The position numbers and the translations under genes are program-made. Positions 45,270 through 57,252 of a stretch of 64,000 bases of DNA are shown here, in pieces (positions within the stretch are counted from its first letter, which is position 1; each line of letters begins with the position of its first letter). Location of the stretch: sequence record MH791398.1, one strand, 5' to 3'. The notes below the pieces were generated by a model that made no database searches, was not told the origin of the DNA, and saw nothing but the letters and a program-made list of their open reading frames with translations.

Positions 45270-46190
45270 ATGTATAATACCTGTAATAACCCTAAAGAAC
45301 TAAAAGATAATATTCTTCGTCGGTTAGGTGCTCCAATTATAAATATTGAGGTTACAGAAACTCAGATCTATGACAGTATCGGGCGGGCTCTTGAACTTTA
45401 TAAAGATTACCACCACGATGCACTAAACCGGGCCTTTATAACCTGTATTCTAACCGAAGAACAAGCCATGACCGGGTATATCGATTTGAGTGAATACCCA
45501 GTATTCGCAGTAACTAGAATTCTGCGTAGTATGGTCGGTAATATGACTCTGTTGGGTGGTGGTGTTCCTCTAAACTGGTTTGCTAGTTTCATTACTGGGT
45601 TAGCAACGAGTGGCGTTGGTTCTTGCTACCATGGACCTTTTGGGACAATCGGTTCCGTTGGATATTTTGCTGCATTTAGTTCCTATCAGAAACTCCTACA
45701 AGACCAATTAAATCCACTACCGGATTATGATTTTGATACCAAATCTGGGATTCTACAGATCACACACAACAACCTCAAAAAAGGTGATGTGATGGTTATT
45801 GAAGCATATGTTCAAAACTTCGTAGACCTTGACGAATATGCATTTAACGATATAGGTAGTGCTTTACCAATAGGTCACGGTGTACCTGCATCAGATTTAG
45901 AAAATAAATGGTCTAACCCATACAAGAAACTCCCCCAAAGCGTCATAGGAAGCGCAAGGAACGACTTCCCAGACCAGAAGGTATATAACAACAGGTGGGT
46001 TAAAGATATGTCCACGGCGTTCGTTAAAGAGGTTTGGGGGAACATAATGGCTAAACACCAAGGGATGCAACTCCCCGGTGGAGTAACTGTTGACGGAACT
46101 AGACTAATCCAAGAAGCCAAACAAGAAATTGAGACTCTTCGAGAGGAATTGCTTCTGTTGGCTGGTCCAGATCCAATTATTATGGGGTAA
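45270..46190 (+). CDS. 13: Neck protein gp13
   Basis: NNPKELKDNILRRLGAPIINIEVT, YNNRWVKD, QLPGGVTVDG. Confidence 0.96.
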   Translation: MYNTCNNPKELKDNILRRLGAPIINIEVTETQIYDSIGRALELYKDYHHDALNRAFITCILTEEQAMTGYIDLSEYPVFAVTRILRSMVGNMTLLGGGVPLNWFASFITGLATSGVGSCYHGPFGTIGSVGYFAAFSSYQKLLQDQLNPLPDYDFDTKSGILQITHNNLKKGDVMVIEAYVQNFVDLDEYAFNDIGSALPIGHGVPASDLENKWSNPYKKLPQSVIGSARNDFPDQKVYNNRWVKDMSTAFVKEVWGNIMAKHQGMQLPGGVTVDGTRLIQEAKQEIETLREELLLLAGPDPIIMG

Positions 46191-46193
46191 TAT

Positions 46194-46985
46194 ATGTACG
46201 ATTCTAATCTATTTGCCAGACTAGAAGATGGTTCCGGATATGAGGATTCAACTAATAAGAAAGAAGTATTGAATCCTCATGTTAATAATTATGGTCATGG
46301 CTATACACAAGCATTTGCTAGACATTTAATGTCAGAAGCAATCCAAATGAAAGGAATTGAGGTTTTCTATATTCGAAGGGAACTGGTGAAACTTGACCTT
46401 TTGTACGGGGAAGATATGCAATCCAAATTCAACAACGCTTTCCGGGTTGCTATGTATTTGGAAAACTTTGAAGGGTATCAGGGACGTCAAGAATTTTTCT
46501 CAAAATTTGGTATGAGTGTAAATGATGAGGCTGAATTCTCTGTATCCCCAGAACTGTTTAATAGACAAGGGGATGGAGAGAAGGCAAGGGAGGGAGACTT
46601 AATATATTTCCCTATGAATAATGCCCTTTTCGAAGTAACTTGGGTTGAACCAAATAACCCATTCTATCAAAATGGACAAGAAACCCTGTATAAAATCACA
46701 GCACAGAAATTCATATATTCTGGTGAAGAGATTCAACCGGAGTTTAGTCCGTCTGATTATATTATGAATCCGGCACTCGACCCAGTTCGTAAACTCGATA
46801 AAAGAGTTGATACATCGATTCTTGAATATGAAGAAGATGATTTTGTTTCTGACGAAGCAGATGATTTTGTAGAAGAATTTGATGTGTTAATTGGTACTGG
46901 TGCCCCGGTTGCAGAAGCTCCATATCAACCATTTGTTAATGGTCAAACTAATAAAGACCCATTCAGTGATCTTGACTTTAGATAA
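46194..46985 (+). CDS. 14: Neck protein gp14
   Basis: EAIQMKG, SKFG, EGDLIYFPMNNALFEVTWVE. Confidence 0.95.
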   Translation: MYDSNLFARLEDGSGYEDSTNKKEVLNPHVNNYGHGYTQAFARHLMSEAIQMKGIEVFYIRRELVKLDLLYGEDMQSKFNNAFRVAMYLENFEGYQGRQEFFSKFGMSVNDEAEFSVSPELFNRQGDGEKAREGDLIYFPMNNALFEVTWVEPNNPFYQNGQETLYKITAQKFIYSGEEIQPEFSPSDYIMNPALDPVRKLDKRVDTSILEYEEDDFVSDEADDFVEEFDVLIGTGAPVAEAPYQPFVNGQTNKDPFSDLDFR

Positions 46986-47047
46986 AATATAAAGGCGGGG
47001 GAAACCCCGCTTCCCTAAATACAATAAATACATATGGAGTGTAAATT

Positions 47048-47860
47048 ATGTTTGGATATTTCTATAATAGCTCAATGCGTAGATATACGGTTTTGCTAAT
47101 GGACCTCCTTAGCGGTGTACAAGTAGAACGTACACGGGGAGACCAAAAGTTTTATAATAAAGTACCAATTACAAACGCATCAAAAGAGCGATTTATCATA
47201 AAGCTTAACAATGCGTTTAGTAACAATTATGATGGTGAAATGGCTCGTGGTGAAACCATTCTCCCTAGAATAAATATCCATATGGTGGATATGATGTATA
47301 ACTCCCAGTATAAAACAGGTATGCAGGGAAGACAAGCATCTGACCAAAACAATAAGTCATATAATATTTTCAACCCAGTACCTTGGAAATTTACTTTTGA
47401 GGTTTCTATTCATACCAGATATGAAACTGATATGCATACCATCGTAGAGCAAATTCTACCATATTTCCAACCTAACTTCCCATGCAAAATTGTTGAACTT
47501 CATGACGGTAAAACCCCCGTCAATAGAGATATTCAGATAACAATTCAATCTGTTTCTATGTCAGAAGAATTAGAAGGAGACCGGGGAGAACGTCGTCGTC
47601 TAGAATGGACCTTATTCTTTGAACTGGATGGTTGGATGTATGCGAACTTTGCAGACCTTAAGGGTGAGATTAAAACAACATATCTTGATTTCTTTGGGAA
47701 TATGAAAAGACTACCGGTTGAAGCTTATGAATCCGTTGACTCACAAGTGGTTCCTTTCGATTCCACACCGAATACATGGAATGGGGATTATATAGAAACT
47801 TGCTCTGCTGGAGTACCAATCCCCGTAGATCCAGAACCATCAAAACCAAGAGAGAATTAA
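47048..47860 (+). CDS. 15: Tail sheath stabiliser gp15
   Basis: MFGYFYNSS.RRY, ETILPRI, EQILPYFQP. Confidence 0.96.
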   Translation: MFGYFYNSSMRRYTVLLMDLLSGVQVERTRGDQKFYNKVPITNASKERFIIKLNNAFSNNYDGEMARGETILPRINIHMVDMMYNSQYKTGMQGRQASDQNNKSYNIFNPVPWKFTFEVSIHTRYETDMHTIVEQILPYFQPNFPCKIVELHDGKTPVNRDIQITIQSVSMSEELEGDRGERRRLEWTLFFELDGWMYANFADLKGEIKTTYLDFFGNMKRLPVEAYESVDSQVVPFDSTPNTWNGDYIETCSAGVPIPVDPEPSKPREN

Positions 47861-47861
47861 A

Positions 47862-48374
47862 ATGAGTGAATTAGATATGAAAAGTCTACTTGATGTGTCT
47901 GGGTTGCCCGGATTTGATGGTGGCGAAGTTGTTGTGTATGAACCAACTGTATTACTTCCGGTGGAATCCAACCCGTTAGATAGAGCAAAAGACCTATCAG
48001 ACGATTACAGTTTGGCTAGACAAGCATTAAACCAACAACAACAAATGATTATGGCTATGGCGGCAATTGCATTGGAGAATGCAAAGAATTCAGAGAGTCC
48101 AAACCAAGTTAATGCGTTCACTCAGTTAATGGGAACGTGGACTGCTAATACAAAGGAAATTCTTAAGCTCCATAAAGAAATGGACGCAATTACAGCCGAG
48201 AAAACAAAAACTGGTGGAAATAAACCAGAAACTCCTAGCCCGAGTATGAATATTGAAAACGCTACTGTTTTTATGGGAACCCCTGCTGAACTAATGCTAA
48301 GAGAAGGAACCCAAACACAGGCTCAATCTCTTGTTATTGATGGTGAATCAGAAGAGGTTAAAAATGCAAATTAA
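47862..48374 (+). CDS. 16: Terminase small subunit gp16
   Basis: LLDVSGLPG, ESNP..R..DL.DDYSLAR, VFMGTPAELM. Confidence 0.93.
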   Translation: MSELDMKSLLDVSGLPGFDGGEVVVYEPTVLLPVESNPLDRAKDLSDDYSLARQALNQQQQMIMAMAAIALENAKNSESPNQVNAFTQLMGTWTANTKEILKLHKEMDAITAEKTKTGGNKPETPSPSMNIENATVFMGTPAELMLREGTQTQAQSLVIDGESEEVKNAN

Positions 48375-48669
48375 TTGGCGAGAACATATAAAAACAGAAG
48401 AACATCTAAGGGCTTATATTGACCTAGATAGAACGGAATTTAATGACTATCTAATTAGTACATCGTGGGATATTCTAACACACAGAAATGGTGTTAGAGT
48501 TCAAGTTGTTAATTATCCACTGGTTAGAGAATTATACACCTATATATTTTCTAAATTAGGATATGATGTTTCTGGTGACAAATATATCATCGGAAACTCG
48601 GTTATCAAATTTACTAATGTGTTAGATATCCCCAGAGGTTCATTCTATAGGTATGTTTTTGAGGGATAA
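48364..48669 (+). CDS. Hypothetical protein inserted between genes 16 and 17
   Basis: About 101 aa ORF, GAGGT RBS. Confidence 0.6.
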   Translation: MQINWREHIKTEEHLRAYIDLDRTEFNDYLISTSWDILTHRNGVRVQVVNYPLVRELYTYIFSKLGYDVSGDKYIIGNSVIKFTNVLDIPRGSFYRYVFEG

Positions 48670-50592
<1,923 letters not shown>

Positions 50593-50604
50593 AAGGAAAA
50601 TAAA

Positions 50605-52641
50605 ATGGCATTACTTTCTCCGGGTGTAGAAGCTAAAGAGAATAATATGCAAACTACTATTGCCCGTTCATCTACTGGACGGGCGGCTCTAGCTGGTAAA
50701 TTCCAGTGGGGTCCTGCATATCAAATTTCTCAACTAGTTTCCGAGACCGATCTTATCGACCGTTTCGGTCGTCCTGATAATCAAACTGCTGATAGCGTTC
50801 TCAGTGCGATCAACTTCCTGAAATATGGTAACGATCTTCGTACCGTCCGTATTCTTGATGAAGATACTGCACGTAACTCTAGTCCGTTTTTTGAAACAAT
50901 TGATTATACTATTACATCTCCGGGTGTTGATTATCGTATTGGTGACGATGTTAAAATTCTCCAAAATGGTGCAACTATCACCACTGGTAAAGTGTCCGCA
51001 CTTAACTCCGTTGGTGGTATTACCTTCGTTAGATTCTCTACTGCCGAAGTAGTCAAAAAGGCAAAAGAACTTAACGATTACCCAGCCCTTCAAAATGGAT
51101 GGCAGATCCAATTTACCTCTGGTGGTCCCGGTAGTGGTCAATCTGCAACGGCTGTACTGAATGGTATTCGTCAAGATAGTAAGATTTATATCCGTAATGA
51201 TGAATATTCCCGTGAATCCCTGCTTCGTAGAGACGAAACGACCGAAACATACATCGATATGTGTGAATCCTATGGTATTCCGGTTGTTGCTTCTCGTTAT
51301 GCCGGTCTGACCGGTGATAATATCCAAGTCGCATTTATTGCGTACAAAGATTATTACAAGTTTGGTGTTGATGGTAAGATTTCTTCTGTTAATACAGTAA
51401 ACCTGAAAACTTTCCCAAGTGGTTTGAGTTTTGGTAATATCACCCCAAGCTCTTATTTGGAATATGGTCCACAAACAAAAGACCAGTTCGCAATGATTGT
51501 TTTTGTTGGTGGTTCTGCTGTTGAATCTCGTGTTCTGTCAGTAAAAGAGAATGACCGCGATATATACGGTTCCAGTATCTATGTTGATGAATTCTTCATT
51601 AATGGATATTCCACCTTTATTCAAGGTGTTGCTGAGTCGTGGCCTACTGAATATTCCGGAATCCTTACATTCGGTGGCGGTAATAGTGGTAACTCGACTG
51701 CTTCTGCCGGTGATTGGATCGAAGGTTGGGATATGTTCTCCGACCGTGAGCACGTAGATGTAAACCTGTTTATTGCCGGTTCTTGTGCTGGTGAAGGTGT
51801 GGAAATTGCATCAACTGTACAGAAATCCGTTGCTGCGATCTGTGACGAGCGTCAGGATTGCCTTGGCTGGATTAGCCCACCCCGCGAATACATGGTAAAC
51901 CTACCTGTAGCAACTTCAGTTAAGAAGATGGTTGAATGGCGTCGTGGTGTTACCGATTCGGGTGTTGTGGTTGATGATAACATGAACATAGGAACCACCT
52001 ACAGTTCTACATCTGCAAACTACAAGCTGCAATATGACAAATACAACGACACCAACCGTTGGATCCCGCTGTCTGCTGATATGGCTGGTTTGTGTGCTCG
52101 TACAGACACAGTAGCCCAACCATGGATGTCTCCGGCTGGTTTTAACCGTGGTCAGATCCTAGACGTTCGTAAGCTGGCTATCGAGACTCGTCAAGCACAT
52201 CGTGATGAGCTATATCAAAACAGTATGAACCCAGTAGTTGGATTCCCCGGTCAAGGTTTCATTCTGTATGGTGATAAGACTATGAGTCTTCAACCAACCC
52301 CATTCGATCGGATCAACGTCCGTCGTTTGTTCAACCTGTTGAAGAAGTCTATCTCTGAAAGTGCGAAATATAAGCTGTTTGAGAATAACGATGCGTTCAC
52401 TCGTAACTCTTTCCGCAGTGAGGTCAATTCCTACCTAGATTCTATCAAGTCTCTTGGTGGTATCTATGATTTCCGTGTCGTGTGTGATGAGACAAACAAC
52501 ACCCCAGCGGTTATTGACCGTAACGAGTTTGTTGCAACTATTCTAATCAAACCAGCACGGTCTATCAACTATGTTAGCCTGAACTTCTCCGCCGTGGGAA
52601 CTTCCGCTAACTTCGATGAGTTGGTTGGTCCACAAAACTAA
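50605..52641 (+). CDS. 18: Tail sheath gp18
   Basis: MALLSPGVE.KE, AGKFQWGPA, WMSPAGFNRG, RINVRRLF. Confidence 0.98.
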   Translation: MALLSPGVEAKENNMQTTIARSSTGRAALAGKFQWGPAYQISQLVSETDLIDRFGRPDNQTADSVLSAINFLKYGNDLRTVRILDEDTARNSSPFFETIDYTITSPGVDYRIGDDVKILQNGATITTGKVSALNSVGGITFVRFSTAEVVKKAKELNDYPALQNGWQIQFTSGGPGSGQSATAVLNGIRQDSKIYIRNDEYSRESLLRRDETTETYIDMCESYGIPVVASRYAGLTGDNIQVAFIAYKDYYKFGVDGKISSVNTVNLKTFPSGLSFGNITPSSYLEYGPQTKDQFAMIVFVGGSAVESRVLSVKENDRDIYGSSIYVDEFFINGYSTFIQGVAESWPTEYSGILTFGGGNSGNSTASAGDWIEGWDMFSDREHVDVNLFIAGSCAGEGVEIASTVQKSVAAICDERQDCLGWISPPREYMVNLPVATSVKKMVEWRRGVTDSGVVVDDNMNIGTTYSSTSANYKLQYDKYNDTNRWIPLSADMAGLCARTDTVAQPWMSPAGFNRGQILDVRKLAIETRQAHRDELYQNSMNPVVGFPGQGFILYGDKTMSLQPTPFDRINVRRLFNLLKKSISESAKYKLFENNDAFTRNSFRSEVNSYLDSIKSLGGIYDFRVVCDETNNTPAVIDRNEFVATILIKPARSINYVSLNFSAVGTSANFDELVGPQN

Positions 52642-52709
52642 TAGAGTGGGGGATATTTATCCCCCATTTTAACCACCCTAAATAATTAAAGAATACAAAG
52701 AGGTTTAAA

Positions 52710-53198
52710 ATGGATCTTACTGATGTAAGCCGTGCGTTTTCTAACGGTGATCTGGCTCGCCCTAACCTGTTTGAGATTGAAATTCCTTTCATGGGGCAAG
52801 ACTTTTCATTTAAATGTAAAGCTGCTTCTATGCCGGGTGCAACTGTAGAACCCGTAATTCTGGGTTATCAGAATAAAAAGCTCAAACTGGCTGGTGACCG
52901 TACATTCGATGACTGGACACTCACAGTCTATAATGACACCGAACACAACACACGTCAACAATTTATTGAGTGGCAAAATATAGCTCAATCCCTTGGTCGT
53001 AATATCAATGGTGAAGTTCCAACCGTGTATAAGAAGGAAGCAACCGTACATCAACTCGACCGTACTGGTAAGCGCACTCGTTCTTATACAGTTTATGGTA
53101 CTTGGCCTACCCAAATTTCCGAACTTGCTTTGGACTGGGATACTGGGTCTGAGGTTGAAATGTTTGAAGTTATTATGGCTTTGGACTGGTGGGAATAA
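52710..53198 (+). CDS. 19: Tail tube gp19
   Basis: GDLARPNLFEIEI, AGDRTFDDWT.TV.ND. Confidence 0.97.
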   Translation: MDLTDVSRAFSNGDLARPNLFEIEIPFMGQDFSFKCKAASMPGATVEPVILGYQNKKLKLAGDRTFDDWTLTVYNDTEHNTRQQFIEWQNIAQSLGRNINGEVPTVYKKEATVHQLDRTGKRTRSYTVYGTWPTQISELALDWDTGSEVEMFEVIMALDWWE

Positions 53199-53279
53199 AA
53201 TGATTGGGGTAGAAATACCCCATATCCTTTTAATTTTATTGCCCTAAATAAATATAGATAAAATAAAAGGATTACTCAT

Positions 53280-54857
53280 ATGTTCAATGGTCGTTTTACT
53301 GTTCCAAGTTTTCTTCGTCCGTGGGCGAAAGATGACGATAAGGAACTAGATATAGAACTCAAATCGGGTATTGATAGTTTCTCCGCACCAGACAATCCCG
53401 ATGGTGCAAATTCTATTGATAGAACCGATACATCAGCACCCAGTCGTGCATATCAAGCTTATGCATATGGTACTGAACAAAAAATTAATTCAACTCGTCA
53501 ACTTATAGATCAATATCGCGCTCTAACAAATTATCACGAAGTTGATAATGCGATTGATGAAATCGTAAACGATGCAATTGTTCAAGAAGACGAAAAGAAT
53601 ACTGTTTCATTGGATTTGGATGCAACTAAATGGAATAAATCCATTAAAGACCGGGTTCAGGAAGAATTTGAAGAAATATTGTCTCTTTTGAACTTCGAAA
53701 AAGAAGGTAAGAGATTATATCGCCGTTGGTATGTTGATAGTCGGATCTATTTCCATAAAATGATCGATCCGAAACGCCAAAAAGAAGGTATTAAAGAACT
53801 TCGGTTGTTAGACCCACGAGCTGTATATTATCACAGAGAAAACTTTAAAGAGGTTGAAGGTGGCAATAGCATTTATAAAGGTCATCGTGAATATTTTACT
53901 TATTCTGGTACTGAATGTTCGACTTATAATATAAACCAAGCCAATACAAACCATATCGTTATTCCCCGCGATGCGATGGTTTATGCTCATAGTGGCAAAG
54001 TATCTTGTGATGGTAGATCCATTATAGGGCATTTACATGCTGCAATAAAGCCAGCTAACATTTTGAAGATGTTAGAGGATGCATTGGTTATATATCGCGT
54101 ATCACGCGCACCAGAACGTCGTATTTTTTATATTGACGTTGGTAATATGCAACCGAAAAAAGCAACCGAACACGTAAACAAAGTCATGCAAGGTTTTAAA
54201 AACCGGGTTATCTATGACAGTTCAACTGGTAAGGTTAAAACAGCAGCCAATAACCTAAGCATGACAGAAGATTTCTGGTTGATGCGTCGCGATGGTAAGG
54301 CTTCTACCGAGATTTCTACTCTTCCGGGTGCTCAGTCTATTGGTGAAATGGACGACGTTCGTTGGTTCAACCGTAAAGTGTATGAAGCAATGAAATTGCC
54401 TCTTAGTCGTCTTCCAATGGAATCTGGTGGTGTTACATTCTCAAATGGTGGGGAAATATCTCGTGATGAGCTGTTGTTTTCTAAATTGGTTCGTGGTATG
54501 CAACGCCAATTTGACCCAATTTTCTATGACCCACTTGTTACAAACCTTATTCTAAAAGGTATTATGAGTCAGGAAGAATGGGATGAAGAAAAGAATAACA
54601 TCAAGATTGTATATGCCAAAGATTCTTATTATGAAGAACTTAAAGATATTGAGATTCTTCAACGTAGAGTAGATGTGGTTAGTAGTCTCATTCAAAATAA
54701 CATTGTCGGAAAATATATGTCTCATAATACAATTATGAAAGACATAATGAAAATGACAGATAAACAAATTGAAGAAGAGGCGAAGAAGATTGAGGAAGAA
54801 ATGAAATCCGAAATTCTCAATCCACCAAATCCAGAAGATGGTCTCGCTGATTTTTAA
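53280..54857 (+). CDS. 20: Portal gp20
   Basis: EVDNAIDEIVNDA, RRWYVDSR, EDALVIYRVSRAPERRIFYIDVGN. Confidence 0.98.
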   Translation: MFNGRFTVPSFLRPWAKDDDKELDIELKSGIDSFSAPDNPDGANSIDRTDTSAPSRAYQAYAYGTEQKINSTRQLIDQYRALTNYHEVDNAIDEIVNDAIVQEDEKNTVSLDLDATKWNKSIKDRVQEEFEEILSLLNFEKEGKRLYRRWYVDSRIYFHKMIDPKRQKEGIKELRLLDPRAVYYHRENFKEVEGGNSIYKGHREYFTYSGTECSTYNINQANTNHIVIPRDAMVYAHSGKVSCDGRSIIGHLHAAIKPANILKMLEDALVIYRVSRAPERRIFYIDVGNMQPKKATEHVNKVMQGFKNRVIYDSSTGKVKTAANNLSMTEDFWLMRRDGKASTEISTLPGAQSIGEMDDVRWFNRKVYEAMKLPLSRLPMESGGVTFSNGGEISRDELLFSKLVRGMQRQFDPIFYDPLVTNLILKGIMSQEEWDEEKNNIKIVYAKDSYYEELKDIEILQRRVDVVSSLIQNNIVGKYMSHNTIMKDIMKMTDKQIEEEAKKIEEEMKSEILNPPNPEDGLADF

Positions 54858-54882
54858 CAACACTAAATAAAGGTATAGAGTG

Positions 54883-55038
54883 ATGGAAGAATTTATTAAT
54901 GCAGCACGAGCTGGTGATCTTATTGCCGCTAAAGGTGCATTCGAAACTGAAATGTTTTCACGTATTGCCGCTAAAACTCATGATATGCGGGTTCAGATGG
55001 GAGCATCCTTAGCCCCCTTCGAAGACGAACAAGAATAA
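54883..55038 (+). CDS. 67: Prohead core protein gp67 (51 aa), not in the ORF track
   Basis: MEEFINAARAGDLIAAKGAFETEM resembles T4 gp67 MEGLIEAIKSNDLVAARKLFAEAM; position after gene 20. Confidence 0.8.
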   Translation: MEEFINAARAGDLIAAKGAFETEMFSRIAAKTHDMRVQMGASLAPFEDEQE

Positions 55039-55066
55039 TTTTTAACAACCCCATAAGGAAAATAAA

Positions 55067-55543
55067 ATGGAAAAACAAGAAGTAATTTCCAAATGGGGAG
55101 TAAAAGGTTCTCGCATTCTTGAAACCGATTTGGAGTACGACGTACTCCTTTCGTTAATCGCTGAATGCGTTGAATCAACTGCTCCCGAAAAAGCACAACA
55201 CCTTAAATCTGTATTTGGTGAAGATGACTCTTTGACAATTGCAGAAAATATGATTTCTGAAAATGCGATTGAAGCATTGGCGATCCTAAGTATTTTGGAA
55301 GAGTCTGAGGAACTTGATGAAGTTCTTGTGAAGCGTGTAAATGCTGCCGGTACTGTTACACGTATCCATGACCGTGAAACCCGTAAACGTAGAGCGACAC
55401 AAACCACTGGATTAAGTAAGTCACAGCGTCGTCAAATTGCTAGACATGCGGTTAAAACCAAAAGAGCTAACCCGTCTATTCAGATTCGAGCTAATAAGAA
55501 ATATAAAAAGGCTATGCGTAAGCGCCATTCGATGGGGCTCTAA
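55067..55543 (+). CDS. 68: Prohead core protein gp68
   Basis: LDEVLVKRVNA.G...RATQTTGLSKSQRRQIAR. Confidence 0.93.
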   Translation: MEKQEVISKWGVKGSRILETDLEYDVLLSLIAECVESTAPEKAQHLKSVFGEDDSLTIAENMISENAIEALAILSILEESEELDEVLVKRVNAAGTVTRIHDRETRKRRATQTTGLSKSQRRQIARHAVKTKRANPSIQIRANKKYKKAMRKRHSMGL

Positions 55544-55545
55544 TC

Positions 55546-56271
55546 ATGTATGAAAATATTCTAGTAGAAAACTGGGAAGGTAGAGACAACGGTGAACCTT
55601 CAAAAAATATGCTTTTAATTGAGCATTGGAGCACCGAATATAGGACTGATACTAATCTAACCGAGAAAAATGAATCTGGGGTTCCCAATAAAGAATGTTA
55701 CCTTATTGAATCAGTGGATGACAAAGGTACTGGTAATCTTTATATCGAGGGTATTTTCCTCCAAGCGGAAGTTCCTAATGGTAATGGTCGTATTTATCCA
55801 AAACGGGTAATGGAAAAAGCCGTAGAAAGATACATTAAAGATCAGGTTGCGTCTAAACAATCTCTTGGTGAGCTAAATCACCCCGGTGATCGTTCTTATC
55901 CAGATCCATCCAAGTCAGCTTTGGTCATTGAAAAGCTCTGGTGGAAAGGTAATGACGTTTATGGTCGTGCTCGTATTGTAGAAGGAGACCATGCGGAAGG
56001 TGATAAGGTCGCTGCTCTTATTAGAGCTGGTTGGATTCCGGGTGTTAGTTCTCGTGGTCTTGGTTCTTTAAAGCGTAATTCTCGCGGTTTAAATGAAGTT
56101 CAAGAAGGTTATCGTTTAACTGTTGGGGTGGATGTTGTTTGGGGACCAAGCGCACCTAATGCGTATACAAACGCATACCGAGTTAACGAATCAAAAACCG
56201 ATCAAAAACCTACCCTAAATAATACAGACGATGCAAAGATTCTAAAATTAATCGAAGCATTGAAAAGTTAA
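55546..56271 (+). CDS. 21: Prohead protease gp21
   Basis: LYIEGIFLQAE, NGRIYP, GELNHP, GVSSRGLGSL. Confidence 0.96.
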   Translation: MYENILVENWEGRDNGEPSKNMLLIEHWSTEYRTDTNLTEKNESGVPNKECYLIESVDDKGTGNLYIEGIFLQAEVPNGNGRIYPKRVMEKAVERYIKDQVASKQSLGELNHPGDRSYPDPSKSALVIEKLWWKGNDVYGRARIVEGDHAEGDKVAALIRAGWIPGVSSRGLGSLKRNSRGLNEVQEGYRLTVGVDVVWGPSAPNAYTNAYRVNESKTDQKPTLNNTDDAKILKLIEALKS

Positions 56272-56292
56272 CTTTCAAATAAGGAAAAACCA

Positions 56293-57126
56293 ATGTCTAT
56301 TAAAGACCAACTGCTCAGTGAATCTAAAAATATCACTGTACAAGCAGATGCCATTTCTGGTGCTCTGCAAGGGCTCAATTTGAGCGAGGGTGTAGTTGAC
56401 GCACTGACCCAAGTATTTCAAACCAAACTGCGTGAAGAAGCCGTACAGCTCGCAGAGTCGCACATCGAAGCCCTAGCCGCTAAATCCGATGAACTGGTTC
56501 AAGAAGCTGCCGAAGCAAAGAATGCAGAACTGATTAAAACCATGGATAGTTATTTCGAACATCTAGCAGAAAGCTTTATGGAAGATAACAAAGTAGCTAT
56601 TGAAACTGGTATCCAAGCCCAACTTGCTGAAAGTCTGCTTGCTGGTATGAAAGAACTATTTGTGTCTCATCATGTTGTTGTTCCAGAGGATGCAGTTGAC
56701 ATCGTTGCTGAACAAGCTGCTGAACTGGAAGAAGCCCAAAGCATGATTAACGATCTGGTTAGTAAAAACTCTGCTCTGACCGAAAGTATTCAAGCTAAAG
56801 AACGTGAAGCTGTTATCGCCGAGTCTATTAAAGATCTGACTATGGTTCAACAAGAACAAGTTAAAACTCTTTGTGAAGGAATTTCGTTTGGTTCTGCTGA
56901 ACAATTCGGTACTCGTGTAAGTGCTCTGGTTGAAATGGTTTCTCAGAAGAAAGAACAAGAACCTAATCAGAAACCTCTAAACGAAAATCTTAACTTCAAT
57001 GATGACGAAGGTCAGAAAGACGACAAAGATGAAAAGGGTGAGAAAGGCGAAAAAGGTAAGAAAGATAAAAAGCCAGAACCCAAATCAAAAATCGATGAGT
57101 CTGTGCAAGAGTTCATGCACTGGTAA
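56293..57126 (+). CDS. 22: Prohead scaffold gp22
   Basis: MDSYFEHLAESFMEDNKVAIETGI, acidic helical protein between genes 21 and 23. Confidence 0.93.
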   Translation: MSIKDQLLSESKNITVQADAISGALQGLNLSEGVVDALTQVFQTKLREEAVQLAESHIEALAAKSDELVQEAAEAKNAELIKTMDSYFEHLAESFMEDNKVAIETGIQAQLAESLLAGMKELFVSHHVVVPEDAVDIVAEQAAELEEAQSMINDLVSKNSALTESIQAKEREAVIAESIKDLTMVQQEQVKTLCEGISFGSAEQFGTRVSALVEMVSQKKEQEPNQKPLNENLNFNDDEGQKDDKDEKGEKGEKGKKDKKPEPKSKIDESVQEFMHW

Positions 57127-57172
57127 TTTTCTGTTTAACGGGGAGTTATAAAAATAACTAGAAATAACTCCC

Positions 57173-57180
57173 CCTAAATA
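57173..57180 (+). promoter_or_regulatory. Late promoter for gene 23 (representative of a genome-wide (C/A/T)CTAAATA motif)
   Basis: Same motif precedes genes 48, 5.1, 9, wac, 13, 15, 19, 20, 67, 22 and 24 (+) and hoc, 26, 4 and inh (-). Confidence 0.85.
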
Positions 57181-57252
57181 TATTTGTAAGGGAAAGAAGA
57201 AATGGTTCTTCTCCCAGAAAATTAAATTTCAAATCCAAAAAGGAAAACAAAA

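Noticed and set aside
57000-57100. Low-complexity GAAAAAGG repeats at the end of gene 22
   Set aside because: Ordinary charged K/E/D/G tail of the scaffold protein
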